Positions 60,727 to 64,000 of a stretch of DNA of 64,000 nt are shown piece after piece. Source of the DNA: Orbicella franksi (Eukaryota); contig OZ116698.1 of assembly GCA_964199315.1 (NCBI GenBank), positions 10,416,001-10,480,000 of the forward strand. Reading direction: 5' to 3'. The notes beneath the pieces were generated by a model that did not search any database, was not told where the DNA came from, and worked only from the letters and a program-made list of their open reading frames with translations. Each line of letters begins with the position of its first letter. The stretch's first letter is position 1. The translations under genes and the position numbers were made by a program.

Positions 60727-62626
60727 CACCATATTTAATAATGTCCTTATTATTGTACCTTGAGAATTTTATTATTTTGCTCATGTGGTGTTAAATGAAG
60801 AAATTTTTCAAACACCACTTGCATTCTCCCTTTTTATCACAGAGTCAAAATTTAACAGTATATCATGATAGCAAATCTTTTTTTCCAATATTTAGCATAT
60901 CTTAAATCATAGTTGACTGAGGTCTCAATGAGGCAGGCTAAAATAGTATTTTAAACTAAATCACTTTTAAAAAGTGGACTAAAAGACCAAAGAGGTAGCA
61001 ATGAATAAGTAGCAAGGTAAAGGACTCTGGACCAGATTTGATTTCTAAGAAAGCTAGGTTGAAGTTACTGCATACTTAACAGGTACTAAATAAAACTTAA
61101 ACATTTGTTAGGTACACAGACAGGTTAAAACCTGTCTGTGTTGTTACATTTCCTCAGCTGTTCTTACTTGGAATTATAATTCTTTTCTCAATTACATGCA
61201 TTCTTAGATCTCTTTACCCTCCCTTACATTTTCTTTCCCATCTAATCCTTGCCTGTTCTCCCACGTTCTAACATTTTTACCATACATCGCCCAAATGTAT
61301 GCTTTGGAGTTGCTATAGTCCGACCTACTCATGCAATAAAGTGTTATGTATTTAGGTACCCCATCACATAATTTAAGTCACACTTATGAGATGAATCAGG
61401 CTGTCAAGACAGTCAACTGTCCAGGGATAAGGTACCACAAGATGGGGCGTGCAGTTTTCGTCTGAAATGCCAAGCAACTCATCATGGCATGGTGACTTGA
61501 AAAAACAAAGTTTTTGTGAATGCCCACCCTATTTTAGACTTAATCATGATTGGGAGAAAATAAATAGTTCACCTGCATTTTTTTTTCCCTATGCACAAGT
61601 CTTGGAAATGCTAGCACTAAACTCATATAGAGCCCTTGGTGCGTTTCAAAATTTCTTCTGCTTTTATATAATACACTGTCACTGCAAGTTCAACTGGTCA
61701 TATAATGCATTTGTGCATAATGATGCCACAACTTACACTACAGCTGAGTGCTTCTAAGGAGGCTTCGTGGGGCTCGGATGAAGCCCCTAAATTTAAAAAA
61801 ATGAGACATTATAACACGCTGGCTAAGCCTCAGAATGCCAGAAATCCATTTCCGACGACCTCAATTGTAAAAATTTTACAGGGAAGGATACAGGGGACCG
61901 CCTTTGACGGTCCGTATCTCGAATCCCCTTCTCTAACCGAAATCCTGTATCCGCCCCAGCTACACCCGTACTGCAAGAGTGCGGTACCGCTTTTCAACTT
62001 GCGATGCGACATTGTTTCACGTTGACAATTTGTAAGAATATAATTTACTATAATATCTCATATAATTTCACCAAACAAAAAAAATAGAGAAAATGGTGTG
62101 ACAGTGAAAAGGTAGTAAATATGGTTTAAATTTTTCGCGGGGGCGTTTCCCGTCCGCAATTATGAGTTTCATATTTTATTTGCAGACGATAAAACAATGT
62201 GGAAGCGGAAATCCAACTTAACCCTTGCTTAGTGTCAGCAAGAATATTTGAGCAATATTATATTCACCAATAACTCAAACCCAAAACACTAAGATCAAGA
62301 GTTAAAAAGCTAGGGAGCGTGGAACAAAAGTTTGAAAACACCTCCAGAATCTTTGTTTCTACGGCTTATCGTTTGTATCAAGACAGGGTGAAGGGAGAAT
62401 CCGCTATATACTTATTATTTTCAAGGTAATCAATCTGGAAATATCCGGTTTTTCTGTTTGAATTTCAGTGTTTTTTTTTTGTTTTTTTTTAGCAGACGGT
62501 TTTCAGTTCTTGGTGTAAAGATAAGAAGTTTTTCGGTTTTGACTATCCGCTTGCCTAGTTCCTAAGCCTCTTTATTTCACCACCAATGACGGTCAATCCA
62601 TACAAGTTCATGTAGTGATGACGCAT

Positions 62627-62790
62627 TAGGCCATTTTCGATATATTAAAATTCTAACATGACTCCGAGGTTTGGGGGAATCAAACAAAAGAAATTAATTA
62701 TTCATCACTTAACCTCGATGTAATTCCTTTTGTTTTATTCCCCCAAGCCTCAGAGCCGAGTTAGAATTTTAATATATCGAAAATGGTCGA
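62627..62790. mobile_element. MITE with about 30-bp TIRs
   Basis: CCATTTTCGATATATTAAAATTCTAAC ... GTTAGAATTTTAATATATCGAAAATGG. Confidence 0.8.
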
Positions 62791-63813
62791 GAGACCACTA
62801 GTTGATACTTGATGCTACAAGCGAGTCCTGCTTTGCGACAAAATTTGGTCCAGATGCGTTCTTTAAAAAATAGTTGATCTGGAGATCAGAACCATCTTCT
62901 GTTTACTGCTCTTAGACGTAGTGAAAGTTAGTTTACATATATGCTCAAATTTTTTTTTTTTTTTTTTTTTGCCTGAAGCATTTGAGACATTTAATATTTG
63001 CCATTCTTTCGAAAAGTCTGGAAGTCGAGGAGTTACTAGTTATGAAGTAGATTACATTGTGGGCGGCCAAGGCCCACTTCACCCACTCGAAATCGAAGGG
63101 TGAATAACACCAGACACGGATAAACGAATATCTAGCGGATAAGCCGTTGAGAAACTGAAACAAACTCGCCTATAGACTGGATAGGCTCTGGATACTAGCC
63201 TATATAACAGGCACTCCCTTACTTGCAGATTTTTCCGCATTCTGGCCGCGCGCAAATAGGAGAGCCAAAAAATATACCATCTCTTGCTTCGTCGATTTTT
63301 TATTTGCTCTCCGGCTACGGAAAAAGCTCAGAGTACGGGATCGTTTGCTACTCGGGCTAACTGGATCTGATTTAATCAGTGGATATCTTTAAACTGGGAT
63401 GTGATGTTTAATTCAATTTGGAATATAGGACCAGGTCTTAATGGAAACCCAAACTTGCATGGAAAAGCCTTTGAACGAGAAATTGAAACAACTCATCAGT
63501 TTAGTTTGGAGCCGGAGTAAACATTTCCCCTTAACCATGCTAACACCCAAGGTATCTAAGTTCGGAGCTGTAGAAATTTATAACGTGGACCACAGAAATA
63601 AGTTTAGTCGATGACCATATTCATTTAATGCATGGTCCGTCTTTTTTAGACTCTTTTTAATTTGAGCCGCGAGAGTCGCGTAACGGCCTGATAACGAGAC
63701 GGGAGAACACGAGAGGGGAACAAGAAATCACTGAGGAGAAAGAATCCGTCCGCCTCCGAGACCATAGTCTCCTTCGCAGCCGTTATTAGGGTCGTTACGC
63801 TATGCTTCTCCCC

Positions 63814-63985
63814 TAGACTGTTCACAGCCCTCTATTTTCTCGTATTTTTATTCGATCGTTGAACGCGCGGATAAAATCGCGAGAGAACTGGACGCCAGCG
63901 CAAAACGGGAGACTTAATAGGGTAGCGGGTGCGCTCGCTTTTTCTTTCGTGTGCGTTGAAAAATAGAAAGGCTGTGAACAGTCTA
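63814..63985. mobile_element. MITE (TAGACTGTTCACAGCC TIR) with perfect 9-bp TSD, apparently nested in another repeat
   Basis: TAGACTGTTCACAGCC ... GGCTGTGAACAGTCTA. CTTCTCCCC at 63805-63813 and 63986-63994. Confidence 0.85.
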
Positions 63986-64000
63986 CTTCTCCCCCACTAA

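Noticed and set aside
62274-63103. Putative exons of an eighth gene (..SAIYLLFSR/GT donor at about 62425; AFETFNICH..LEIEG* after a poly-T tract)
   Set aside because: No start codon or phase-consistent chain could be built. The likeness of AIYLLFS to the YTH motif PVYLLFS is too short to be meaningful.
1-64000. CRISPR arrays, rRNA genes, prokaryotic operons, intact autonomous transposons
   Set aside because: None seen. The sequence is spliced eukaryotic DNA, the repeats lack repeat-spacer periodicity, and no long transposase or RT ORF is present.

Overview
AT-rich, intron-dense animal genomic DNA. The repeat families and gene structure suggest an anthozoan cnidarian, most likely a stony coral (inference). 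Seven protein-coding genes were reconstructed by hand from splice sites and reading phase. (1) The 3' part of a cadherin-repeat membrane protein with an RPTP-type juxtamembrane module but no phosphatase domain (+). (2) A 25-exon gene of about 1376 aa with B-box, coiled coil, Tudor, YTH, acidic repeats and a second Tudor (-). This is the most unusual item: a germ-granule-type Tudor scaffold fused to a YTHDF-like domain, with the aromatic cages of all three reader domains apparently altered. (3) FAM166/CIMIP2 (+). (4) GNL1 (-). (5) PPIL3 (+). (6) DNAAF5 (-). (7) KLHDC10 (+). Genes 2-7 form three consecutive head-to-head pairs. Introns and intergenic DNA hold tRNA-derived SINEs, MITEs (several with 9-bp target-site duplications), microsatellites and four unrelated palindromes all 140-143 bp long. 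No CRISPR, rRNA or genuine tRNA genes were seen. Exon boundaries were read manually and family assignments rest on remembered motifs, not database searches.
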